A stretch of DNA of 41,534 nucleotides from Candidatus Nomurabacteria bacterium (lineage in GTDB: Bacteria > Patescibacteriota > Minisyncoccia > Phycocordibacterales > UBA9973), in the NCBI GenBank assembly GCA_043758875.1, contig JAYVMR010000015.1, forward strand, positions 1-41,534. Direction: 5' to 3'. Below the pieces are notes generated by a model. It did not search any database. It had not been told where the DNA came from and worked only from the letters and a program-made list of their open reading frames with translations. Below, piece after piece: positions 8,612-17,120 of the stretch. Every line of letters begins with the position of its first letter. The stretch's first letter is position 1. The translations under genes and the position numbers were made by a program.

Positions 8612-10300
8612 ATGAAAAAGATACTGGGGTTGGGCATTGTTTTTATCTTGTTTTTTACACTGACACATACTGCCCTGGCTGCCATCAGAACATACACACT
8701 TACCAATAAAAACATATCCGGCACTATTACTGTCAATTCAGCGACTTCGGCCACTTTTCATATTGTTTTTCCGGTTATTAAAACTCTTTCTTATTATCCT
8801 ATTATTTGTATTAGTACTGCTCTCTTGACATCATGTGACAGCACAACAGCTCCGGTGGCCATACTAAAAAATATTGGGCCTAGTGGTAAACCTGAAACAT
8901 GGGATTATACCACCACCAAACTTGACCCCTCTAAATATTACTATTTGACTATTAGAGGGCCGGCAGGGTATCAAAAAGTGATTAATGATGGGTTTTTTAC
9001 CGGTAACGACCAATTGACTGCCGTACCAGTGGCCACTACTTGTAAAGCCTCGAACAATAGCGATATTATCGCGCAAACCTCCATAGACCTTGCAAAATTT
9101 GCCGATCCTCAAGAACTTTCCGCCTCATTGGTCTACTCTTTGAATAAAGACTTGAGCGATCCGAAATTTCAAGGACCTTTAACGGGGGTGAAGGGGGCTG
9201 ATGTAAGCAGTGACGATACCTGTTCTGGCGCTGAAACGGGGCCAGGCACATTTTTTTGGCGATTGAAGGTTGATCCTGATACGAGGTATTACTATCAAGT
9301 TACTGTCAATGTGAAAGGGGGTAGTAATGTAAAAAGTACCGTCAATTATTTCGACAGCACGCAAGGGGTCACTATTGCCTCTGATAGTGCCGCTTCTGCC
9401 GCTGATGACTTGAAACACGGGTACACACTGCTTTCTCCTTTTCCAGGGTTAAGTTTCCTTCCTGATCCGCAATTGTGCGCTCAACAACGCGCGGCTGCGG
9501 CTTTGGCAGGAAAAGCCGGTCCTAAATATTGCGACCTCAACGATGTCTTGAATTACGCCTTGCAATTAATGATCGGTCTTTCAGCGGTAGTGTTAGTCTT
9601 CCGATTGATGTATGAGGGCTACCTCTATATGGTAACCGATGTACCGTTCTTGAAAGCCAGCGCCAAAAGCGGTTTCTTCACCGCATTACTGGGATTACTA
9701 CTGGCCCTGTCGTCGTATGTCATATTGAATACCATTAACCCGAAGTTGGTGAATGAAAATGTTAGTGTAAACCAACTAAATATTGGAATAAATGCAGAAG
9801 ATGACGGGGCAGGAATGGGTGTTCTTATTGTTTCTACAGGATCAGGAGCGGGTACTAATAAAAACAGTGCTCCTGTTACCTTGGCACTAAAAGGCGGAGG
9901 AACAGTTTCAGTTGCTAATTGTGACGCTTCACAAATAACCAAGATTCCTGGTACTGTATTTGGACAAAGTGATGTAAGGGTACAAAAAAATCTTGTAGCC
10001 AGTGTTCAACGAATTAATGCCGCCTGGGAAAAAATGAGTCCTCGGTATGATGTAAAGGTAGTAGAAGGCTATAATTGTAGACCTATTGCTGGAAGAAAAA
10101 CGGCTTCATATCATGGATACGGTTTAGCAATTGATATAAATCCGGACACCAACGGGCGTGGCACTGGCGGCGATATGCCTACATCATTTGTAAACCTCTG
10201 GAAAGCTGAAGGGTGGGGATGGGGTGGAACGTGGCACTATACTGATCCTATGCATTTTAGTAAAGGAATTAATGAGCACGGTAATTTACAGGGAGAATAA
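8612..10300 (+). CDS. Secreted-domain + pilin-like (VirB2/TrbC-type) membrane module + C-terminal M15 family peptidoglycan peptidase
   Basis: Signal peptide; LMIGLSAVVLV..LMYEGYLYM...AK...ALLGLLLALSSYVILNTINPKLV pilin-like segment; YNCR...SYHGYGLAIDINP...WGWGGTW..DPMHF is an M15 Zn-peptidase signature. Confidence 0.82.
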   Translation: MKKILGLGIVFILFFTLTHTALAAIRTYTLTNKNISGTITVNSATSATFHIVFPVIKTLSYYPIICISTALLTSCDSTTAPVAILKNIGPSGKPETWDYTTTKLDPSKYYYLTIRGPAGYQKVINDGFFTGNDQLTAVPVATTCKASNNSDIIAQTSIDLAKFADPQELSASLVYSLNKDLSDPKFQGPLTGVKGADVSSDDTCSGAETGPGTFFWRLKVDPDTRYYYQVTVNVKGGSNVKSTVNYFDSTQGVTIASDSAASAADDLKHGYTLLSPFPGLSFLPDPQLCAQQRAAAALAGKAGPKYCDLNDVLNYALQLMIGLSAVVLVFRLMYEGYLYMVTDVPFLKASAKSGFFTALLGLLLALSSYVILNTINPKLVNENVSVNQLNIGINAEDDGAGMGVLIVSTGSGAGTNKNSAPVTLALKGGGTVSVANCDASQITKIPGTVFGQSDVRVQKNLVASVQRINAAWEKMSPRYDVKVVEGYNCRPIAGRKTASYHGYGLAIDINPDTNGRGTGGDMPTSFVNLWKAEGWGWGGTWHYTDPMHFSKGINEHGNLQGE

Positions 10301-10326
10301 TAATTGTTTTATAGTACAATACTCTT

Positions 10327-11703
10327 ATGCGGCGCATTCTTATCATTTTATTTGTTGTGGTCCTCGGTATCGGCGGAGTGTATTTTTTCTATATTCGTCC
10401 GAAGCAAAATAGTGGCTCACCGATGCCCAATATCCTCAAACCATTCTTTCCTAGCAGTGTCAGTAATCCTGATGGTGCATTTGGTACTGATACTACTACA
10501 GGAGCAGTGCCTGGTACCGCTCCTGTAGCCAATCCGTTGAAACAACTCACCGGCCATCCTGTCGCCGGTTACACCATCTTTTCTCTGACCAGTACAGTGT
10601 CTATTCCTTCTACTCCGTCTTCATCTCCTGCCGCAACAAGTTCGACGGGTTCGACAAGCTCACCGCAGGATTCCTCAGGACAAGCAAGCTCATCGCGAGT
10701 CAACCCTCTGAAAGCATTGTCAGTAAAGGTTTCTAAAAAGACTACTGTGGCGCCCGCGCCGACCACTTTGACACAAACCGTGACCGATCACTATCTGCGC
10801 TATATATCCCGTCTCAACGGCTATGTGTACGAGATAAAAAATGGAACCATTCCGTTGCAAATAAGTAATATTTTCATTCCCAATATCTATGAAGCCCAGT
10901 TTGCAGACAGCAACAGTACCACATTGTTACGGTTTTTGCGCAGCAACAACCAAACTATCGCCACCTACAGCATGCCCATTCCTCCATTGAACCCTGACGG
11001 CACGCGCACGCAAAATTCCGGGGTCTATTTGCCTGACAATATCTTGGCCATAACTGTTTCACCTGATCAAAAACTGATTGCTCGTGTCGCAGCTGATCAA
11101 GGTGGCGCACTGGTGACAACATCTACCACGGCTGGTACCGGCATTAAAACAGCGACCAGGTCACCGTTTAAAGAATGGCTGCCGCAATGGACCAATAATG
11201 CCCTTTATTTGCAAACAAAGGCTGCTTCGATCGCTGATGGGTTCCTGTACAGTATCGATTCATCGACCACTCGCTTACGCCGTGTGCTGGGTAATGTGGC
11301 AGGGCTGACCACTTCGGTCAGCCCGAGCGGCACCTATGTTTTGTATTCACAAAGTGTTGACGGCGGCTTTGTCACGAAGATTTTCAATACCAGGACAAAT
11401 ACCACCACCAACCTTTCTTTGATTATTTTGCCTGAAAAATGCGTCTGGTTGCACAGTGAGGACTTGCTCTGTGCGGGCAATAGCAGTGTGCCGAATGGCA
11501 AGTATCCTGATGATTGGTATGCCGGTACGATGCATTTCTCTGACCAGCTCTACCGCATCAATACCACTTCAAACACGTATACCGTGCTCTATAACGACCT
11601 AACACAGTCGTTCGATATGACCAACCTGCAAGTCGATGAAGGGCAGGGGTTTGTTTACTTTATCGACAAGACTACTGGATATCTCTGGCAATATAAGTAT
11701 TGA
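10327..11703 (+). CDS. Membrane-anchored protein with Ser/Thr/Pro linker and probable beta-propeller domain
   Basis: N-terminal TM; SPDQKLIA and SPSGTYVLYS repeats; PEKCVW...LLCA...YPDDWYAG motif. Confidence 0.75.
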   Translation: MRRILIILFVVVLGIGGVYFFYIRPKQNSGSPMPNILKPFFPSSVSNPDGAFGTDTTTGAVPGTAPVANPLKQLTGHPVAGYTIFSLTSTVSIPSTPSSSPAATSSTGSTSSPQDSSGQASSSRVNPLKALSVKVSKKTTVAPAPTTLTQTVTDHYLRYISRLNGYVYEIKNGTIPLQISNIFIPNIYEAQFADSNSTTLLRFLRSNNQTIATYSMPIPPLNPDGTRTQNSGVYLPDNILAITVSPDQKLIARVAADQGGALVTTSTTAGTGIKTATRSPFKEWLPQWTNNALYLQTKAASIADGFLYSIDSSTTRLRRVLGNVAGLTTSVSPSGTYVLYSQSVDGGFVTKIFNTRTNTTTNLSLIILPEKCVWLHSEDLLCAGNSSVPNGKYPDDWYAGTMHFSDQLYRINTTSNTYTVLYNDLTQSFDMTNLQVDEGQGFVYFIDKTTGYLWQYKY

Positions 11704-11750
11704 GTATCAATACTTATAAATCAAATAGAAAATACTGGACTTTACTTTTC

Positions 11751-11785
11751 GTATATAATCATATATAATCGTATAATACGATATA
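11751..11785 (+). promoter_or_regulatory. Tandem TATATAATC repeats and ATCGTA-taa-TACGAT palindrome upstream of fic (promoter/operator candidate)
   Basis: gtatataatc atatataatc gtataatacg atata read directly. Confidence 0.4.
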
Positions 11786-11786
11786 T

Positions 11787-12866
11787 ATGATTAATCTAAA
11801 AGATAGATATGAAAAAAGAATACCCCTCACCCTTGAAGTTATCTCAAAAATTGCTCTATTGGAGGAGTTAAAAGGCGTTTGGAAAGGGGGTATAACAATA
11901 AATCATAAGATTCTCGGGCGGTTAAAAAAGTCGGTTATTATTACTAGTACTGGCGCCTCGACTCGTATTGAGGGTTCACAAATGAGCGACGCTCAAATCG
12001 AGAAGTTTTTAAACGCGCTCAAATCAAATCCTCCGGAGAATCGTGATGAGGAAGAGGTGGCGGGGTACGCAGATCTCTTGAGTCGCGTATTTGATAATTG
12101 GCAGAAACTCCATCTCTCTGAAGCGTTGATTTTACAATTTCATGAAATCCTCCTTCATTATTCAGAAAAAGATATCCTTCATAAAGGAAAATATAAAACC
12201 AAAGAAAATCTTGTGGTTGCAAAAAATACCCATGGTGAACAAATTATTATTTTTGAACCAACTCCTGCGTGGTTAACCAAAAAAGAAATGGATGATGTCT
12301 TATTCTGGACCGAGCAGGCATATCTGGAAAAACATTTTCCTTCTGTACTTATTATCGCCAATTTTATTTTTGAATTTTTAGCAATCCATCCTTTCACTGA
12401 TGGAAATGGACGCCTATCTCGAGCCTTAACAAATGTATTATTACTTCAGTCCGGGTATGAGTACGTTCCCTATGTTTCTCTTGAAGAAATCATTGAGGAA
12501 AAGAAAGATGAATATTATGCATCCCTCCGCCAAACACAAAAATATCATAAAACTGACCGTGAGAATATTAATGACTGGCTTAACTTCTTTCTTGATGTCC
12601 TTATTATTCAAGCACAAAAAGCTCGCGAATTGATGGAGAATGATGATCCGACAAAGTTGCTCTCTGGGCGACAAATCGAGGTGTATGCTTTATTCGATAA
12701 GGTTAATTCGTGGGCAGTGAAAGATATTAAAGAACAATTACCCGATATTCCTGAGGTTACTATTAAACAAGTGCTTTCACGACTAGTGTCACTTAAGTTG
12801 GTTGAACGGATGGGGTTAGGAAGAAGTACTCGTTATTTTATTTCGCACCGTCTTGCGAAGATATAA
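11787..12866 (+). CDS. fic: Fic family protein (AMPylase) with N-terminal autoinhibitory motif and C-terminal HTH
   Basis: Catalytic HPFTDGNGRLSR; STRIEG fits the (S/T)xxxE(G/N) inhibitory motif; C-terminal winged-HTH-like region. Confidence 0.92.
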   Translation: MINLKDRYEKRIPLTLEVISKIALLEELKGVWKGGITINHKILGRLKKSVIITSTGASTRIEGSQMSDAQIEKFLNALKSNPPENRDEEEVAGYADLLSRVFDNWQKLHLSEALILQFHEILLHYSEKDILHKGKYKTKENLVVAKNTHGEQIIIFEPTPAWLTKKEMDDVLFWTEQAYLEKHFPSVLIIANFIFEFLAIHPFTDGNGRLSRALTNVLLLQSGYEYVPYVSLEEIIEEKKDEYYASLRQTQKYHKTDRENINDWLNFFLDVLIIQAQKARELMENDDPTKLLSGRQIEVYALFDKVNSWAVKDIKEQLPDIPEVTIKQVLSRLVSLKLVERMGLGRSTRYFISHRLAKI

Positions 12867-13541
12867 TTCCTGCGCGATAGAGAAGAGGTTGGCCACACTC
12901 CAATACAGTGCTACCGCTGAAGCCAAGCGACTGGCAATAAATATAATAATGAGAGGAAGGATGTATTTCGTTTGCACGGCCAGTGACTGCGCGAACTGAT
13001 TTTGCATATTGTTGTCCCCACCGCGACCAGGAGGGGTGGGTTGTGGCGCCAAAAAAGCTTGAAAGGCTTGGGTAATACCGGCTAGGATAGCAAGCGGAAG
13101 AAACGGTTTGGTGATATCGATTAATCCAAGAAAGGTGTTTTTTAGATTGTCAGTATTGAGAAAATGATACAAGTGCTGCGGCTGATTAACACCGTGTGAA
13201 AAAGAGAAATAGAGTGCAAAAAGAATAGGGAGTTGGATCAATAAATAGAGAAATCCTGAGAAAGGATTGATATTTTCTTGCTTATACAGCGCAAATGTTT
13301 CTTTGGCTTCCTCTTCTTTGCTCAATCCTTGGTTTTTAATCGCTTGCAGTTTCGGTTCTAGGGCGCGCATTTTGTACTGCCCGACAATGCTTTTCTTGCT
13401 CAAAGGAAACAATGCCAATCGGATGAGGATAGTCAGCACGATGACCGCCAGCCCGACGTCTTGCATGGTGACATGTTGGGCGATAAAGATCAGCAGGTTA
13501 TAGATAGGGTTGTAGATGAAGAGGTTCCAAATAGTTTTCAT
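12816..13541 (-). CDS. yidC: Membrane protein insertase YidC/Oxa1 (short form)
   Basis: GLAVIVLTILIRLALFPL, INPFSG..LLIQLPIL, ALYWSVANLFSIAQE; synteny with rnpA-rpmH; TGTTACAAT 7 nt before ATG 13541. Confidence 0.93.
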   Translation of the reverse strand: MKTIWNLFIYNPIYNLLIFIAQHVTMQDVGLAVIVLTILIRLALFPLSKKSIVGQYKMRALEPKLQAIKNQGLSKEEEAKETFALYKQENINPFSGFLYLLIQLPILFALYFSFSHGVNQPQHLYHFLNTDNLKNTFLGLIDITKPFLPLAILAGITQAFQAFLAPQPTPPGRGGDNNMQNQFAQSLAVQTKYILPLIIIFIASRLASAVALYWSVANLFSIAQELYLRKTVRNKITSTSS

Positions 13542-13566
13542 AAAAATCATTGTAACATAAATACTG

Positions 13567-13893
13567 TTATATTTTCTGCAGCAGAGAATGGAGGTTTTGC
13601 TTCAATTCGTCATATGACATCTCATAGCAGTTTTTTGAAACATACAACATGCCAGTAAACGAAACTTCTTTGTATTGACCAAAGAGGGAATAGAGCTGCC
13701 GGCGGATCTTATTGCGTGCCACGGCTTTTTTTTGATTTTTGGCGCCAGTGACGACAGTACAGCCGAGGGTGTACACAGTTGGATTGTTTAGGTACTTTAA
13801 AGTACCTAAACGGTTAAAAACAACCTGGGTGGCAGGGTTTGCCAGTAAATTACTGACTTGTTGACGAGAGAGCCGCTGGGTGGACGGCAGCAT
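13567..13893 (-). CDS. rnpA: Ribonuclease P protein component
   Basis: KKAVARNKIRRQL (RNR motif); position between rpmH and yidC. Confidence 0.88.
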   Translation of the reverse strand: MLPSTQRLSRQQVSNLLANPATQVVFNRLGTLKYLNNPTVYTLGCTVVTGAKNQKKAVARNKIRRQLYSLFGQYKEVSFTGMLYVSKNCYEMSYDELKQNLHSLLQKI

Positions 13894-13896
13894 ACA

Positions 13897-14034
13897 TTAA
13901 ACAGTGGTAAGCTGTGCGCGACCTTTACGGCGTCGAGCTAGTAACACTTTTCGGCCGGTAGGGCTGGCACTGCGGACCAAAAATCCGTGTGTGGTGGCTC
14001 TTTTTTTCTTTTTTGGCTGATATGTTTGAGACAT
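13897..14034 (-). CDS. rpmH: 50S ribosomal protein L34 (not in the ORF track)
   Basis: Translated by hand: [45 protein letters not shown]. Confidence 0.95.
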   Translation of the reverse strand: MSQTYQPKKKKRATTHGFLVRSASPTGRKVLLARRRKGRAQLTTV

Positions 14035-14097
14035 AGAGTAGGCGTACTATACACAAAAACTCTGGATTAATCAAGTATCTATTTCTTCTTTGTTTTC

Positions 14098-14132
14098 TGT
14101 TATAATCCACTCAATCCACAGATTTTCCCCAC
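14098..14132. promoter_or_regulatory. Degenerate DnaA boxes upstream of dnaA
   Basis: TAATCCACT, CAATCCACA and TTTCCCCAC are near-matches to TTATCCACA. Confidence 0.5.
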
Positions 14133-14157
14133 TTTCTCTATTAGAGGAAAAGTCTGT

Positions 14158-15540
14158 ATGATATACCCAGTGGAAAATAATCTCAACCAACTTTGGAATG
14201 ATTGCCTCGGCGTGATTGAATCACAGCTTACCAGGGCTACTTTCACGACTTGGTTCAAAAATACTGGCATTATCAAAGAAGAAGAAGGGGTGATCTATGT
14301 CGGTGTGCCTAATGAATTCGTCCGGGAATGGCTGGTAACCAAATATCAACGAATGATATTGAAAACAATTGTCGAGAATCTGAGTCATGTGCGAGCGGTT
14401 GAATTTGTCATTAGTCGTTTACCTACCCCGACTACTCCTTCTTTAACTACAATAGTATCAAACAATTTATTCACTAGTTCTTCGGAACATTCTTCCGACC
14501 CTTTATATGGTCTTTATATCAATCGCGACGACAATCTCAACCCTCGCTACACATTTGATCGTTTTGTTGTCGGCCCTTTCAATGAATTGGCGTATGCGGC
14601 GGCTCAGTCAGTAGTGAAACGGCCGCAACACGTCTATAATCCGCTTTTTATCTATGGGGCAAGCGGTTTAGGTAAGACACACCTTATCCAAGCTATCGGC
14701 AACGAGATAAAACGCACTTCTCCGGAAAAGAAAGTGTTGTACAGCACGTTGGAAAAATTCATGAATGATTATGTTTCTTCCGTGCAGAACAATCGCCAAC
14801 AGATTTTTCAAGATAAATACCGTAAATTCGATGTGTTGATTATTGATGATATCCAATTCATTGCGGGGAAACAAGGAACGCAGGACGCGCTATTTCATAC
14901 CTTTAATACCCTGCACGATCAAAACAAGCATATTATCTTTTCTTCCGATAAGCACCCTAACCATATCATTGGTTTGGAAGACCGCCTCAAGACACGTTTC
15001 AATGCCGGTATGACTATTGATATTCAAGAACCTGATCTTGAATCCCGTCTGGCTATCATCAAAGAAAAAAGTACTCAACTGACCTATCAACTTGAAGGAG
15101 ATGTCGTGTCCTATATCGCTTCAGTGGTGACGGGCAGTATCCGTGAATTGGAAGGGGTACTCAATACCGTCAATATGCATTCCAGTATGCGTCAAAGACC
15201 GATAAGTCTCAGTGAGATAAAAATATTAATCAAAAACAATATCCGACCGAAACGGGTCATCTCAATTGATTCGGTAGTGAAAATCGTTTCTGATTATTAT
15301 AATCTGAATGAACAGGTTATTTATGAAAAAACTCGTCGCAAAGAGATTGTCAGAGCGCGACAGATCATCATGTTTGTCTTGCGTGAGGATTTCAACGAGT
15401 CATACCCTTCAATCGGTGCAAAATTGGGAGGGAAGGATCATACCACTGTCATTCACTCGTATGAAAAAATAAAAGGTGAGTTATTGATCGATCCACACCT
15501 TATGAAAGAGATTGAGGATATCCGTATTATGTTTAAATAA
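14158..15540 (+). CDS. dnaA: Chromosomal replication initiator DnaA
   Basis: LNPRYTFDRFVVG, YNPLFIYGASGLGKTHL, IDDIQF, GGKDHTTVIH. Confidence 0.98.
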   Translation: MIYPVENNLNQLWNDCLGVIESQLTRATFTTWFKNTGIIKEEEGVIYVGVPNEFVREWLVTKYQRMILKTIVENLSHVRAVEFVISRLPTPTTPSLTTIVSNNLFTSSSEHSSDPLYGLYINRDDNLNPRYTFDRFVVGPFNELAYAAAQSVVKRPQHVYNPLFIYGASGLGKTHLIQAIGNEIKRTSPEKKVLYSTLEKFMNDYVSSVQNNRQQIFQDKYRKFDVLIIDDIQFIAGKQGTQDALFHTFNTLHDQNKHIIFSSDKHPNHIIGLEDRLKTRFNAGMTIDIQEPDLESRLAIIKEKSTQLTYQLEGDVVSYIASVVTGSIRELEGVLNTVNMHSSMRQRPISLSEIKILIKNNIRPKRVISIDSVVKIVSDYYNLNEQVIYEKTRRKEIVRARQIIMFVLREDFNESYPSIGAKLGGKDHTTVIHSYEKIKGELLIDPHLMKEIEDIRIMFK

Positions 15541-15727
15541 TTGTGGAAAACCTTATAATAACCATATGAAAACTTTTATCAAAAATCTCCTTTCTCAAAA
15601 TACTGTTTTTTCGGGAAATAAAATCCACAACCGAGATGGTGAAAATAAATTATTAATAAAGGATAAAACAGACTTTTCCCCAATCCACAGCCTATATAGG
15701 AACCTATTAATAAAAAATTAAAAAACT
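15541..15727. other. Probable oriC (dnaA-dnaN intergenic)
   Basis: AT-rich; DnaA-box-like TGTGGAAAA (15542-15550), AAATCCACA (15621-15629), TTTTCCCCA and CAATCCACA (15674-15689). Confidence 0.7.
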
Positions 15728-16825
15728 ATGAATATAACTTGTACAACAGAAAAGTTGAAAAATGCTGTCAGTCTGGCGGAGAGAATGACAGGGAAGGCAT
15801 TGACCTTACCGACCCTTCACGCATTATTACTGACCGCTACCGGTAAGAGTTTGAAGATTCGCGCCACCAACCTGGCATTGGGAATAGAGATAGAGATCCC
15901 GGCTGTGATAGAGATGGAAGGCATGGTGTTGGTAAAAGGAGAAGTCTTGGCCAACGTCTGTAACCACCTCAATGACGCTACTGAAGTGCGCCTCAGTCTT
16001 GATCATGACAATCTCACTATTCAGACTCCACAAAACACCACTATTATCAAATGCCTGCCTCCAGATGAATTCCCGACCTTGCCGGTGGTGGAAGGCGAAC
16101 AAATAGAGATAAAAACATCCCACTTACAGGAAGGTATTCGTTCAGTTTATTTCTGTGCCGCCATTACTGATATCAAGCCAGAGATTGCCAGTATTTTTAT
16201 TTATAGCGAGGAAAACACACTTTGTTTTGTCGCCACTGATTCATTCCGCTTAGCAGAAAAGAAAATCCACATCAAAGGCATCCAAGAGATTTCAAAAATA
16301 CTTATTCCTTACAAGAACATTGCCGATATCTTACGCGTGCTCGATGTCGCTCCTGATACTATCCGCATCACCTATAGTCGCAATCAGATCGCATTTTTTG
16401 CCAACGGATTATATCTGACATCTCGTCTGATCGATGGAGGATTTCCACCGTATCAACTTATTATTCCCAAAGAAACGTTGACTAAGGTCGTGTTATTGAA
16501 ACAAGAGCTTTTGAACACCTTGCGCCTATCGACTATTTTTGCCGATAAATTTTTCCAAGTCTCATTTTCCATTCCGGAAGACAAGAAAAATATCACACTC
16601 AGCTCAAAAAACAGCGACGTCGGATCGTCTATTTCTATTGTTTCTGCTGCCATAGAAGGTAATCCGATTGAAGTAGATTTCAATCTCAAATATTTTCTTG
16701 ATGTGTTTCAGGCGCTTTCAGGAGACAGTGTCAGTATTTCATTCACCCAGCCCAATAAGCCGATCGTGGTGCAAAGTGTCAACGACACTTCGTTTCTCTA
16801 CCTCTTGATGCCAACTAATAGATAA
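15728..16825 (+). CDS. dnaN: DNA polymerase III beta sliding clamp
   Basis: ATNLALGI, EFPTLP, VATDSFRLAEK, SRLIDGGFPPY, YLLMP; follows dnaA. Confidence 0.97.
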   Translation: MNITCTTEKLKNAVSLAERMTGKALTLPTLHALLLTATGKSLKIRATNLALGIEIEIPAVIEMEGMVLVKGEVLANVCNHLNDATEVRLSLDHDNLTIQTPQNTTIIKCLPPDEFPTLPVVEGEQIEIKTSHLQEGIRSVYFCAAITDIKPEIASIFIYSEENTLCFVATDSFRLAEKKIHIKGIQEISKILIPYKNIADILRVLDVAPDTIRITYSRNQIAFFANGLYLTSRLIDGGFPPYQLIIPKETLTKVVLLKQELLNTLRLSTIFADKFFQVSFSIPEDKKNITLSSKNSDVGSSISIVSAAIEGNPIEVDFNLKYFLDVFQALSGDSVSISFTQPNKPIVVQSVNDTSFLYLLMPTNR

Positions 16826-16832
16826 GAGTAGT

Positions 16833-17084
16833 ATGTCATTATTCAAATCCATCCTTTCTCAAATCCAGGAAAAGATTTCCAAGGAAAATAGTGAGTGTGA
16901 AAAAATAGCTCGTATTATCAGTGAGACACTTCACACCACTATTATTGCTGATCAAATTATACTACGCGATACATCCCTTCGTTTAAAGGTTTCACCGACA
17001 ATAAAAATGACACTGGTATTACAGCAAAATAAGATTCTTGCCGCTCTACAGGCAGAAGGAATCAAAATTACTACCATTCAATAA
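16833..17084 (+). CDS. Small hypothetical protein, possibly DciA (DUF721)-like
   Basis: 83-aa ORF 7 nt after dnaN; LRLKVSPTIKMTLVLQQNKILAAL; function is inference only. Confidence 0.6.
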   Translation: MSLFKSILSQIQEKISKENSECEKIARIISETLHTTIIADQIILRDTSLRLKVSPTIKMTLVLQQNKILAALQAEGIKITTIQ

Positions 17085-17120
17085 AAATGATATTACTTAT
17101 GAGTTGAACTCCTAAATAAA

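Noticed and set aside
13925-14110. 61-aa ORF in the track upstream of rnpA
   Set aside because: Wrong frame; the real gene is rpmH at 13897-14034
15512-15721. 69-aa ORF between dnaA and dnaN
   Set aside because: Overlaps the AT-rich, DnaA-box-containing probable oriC; no protein features
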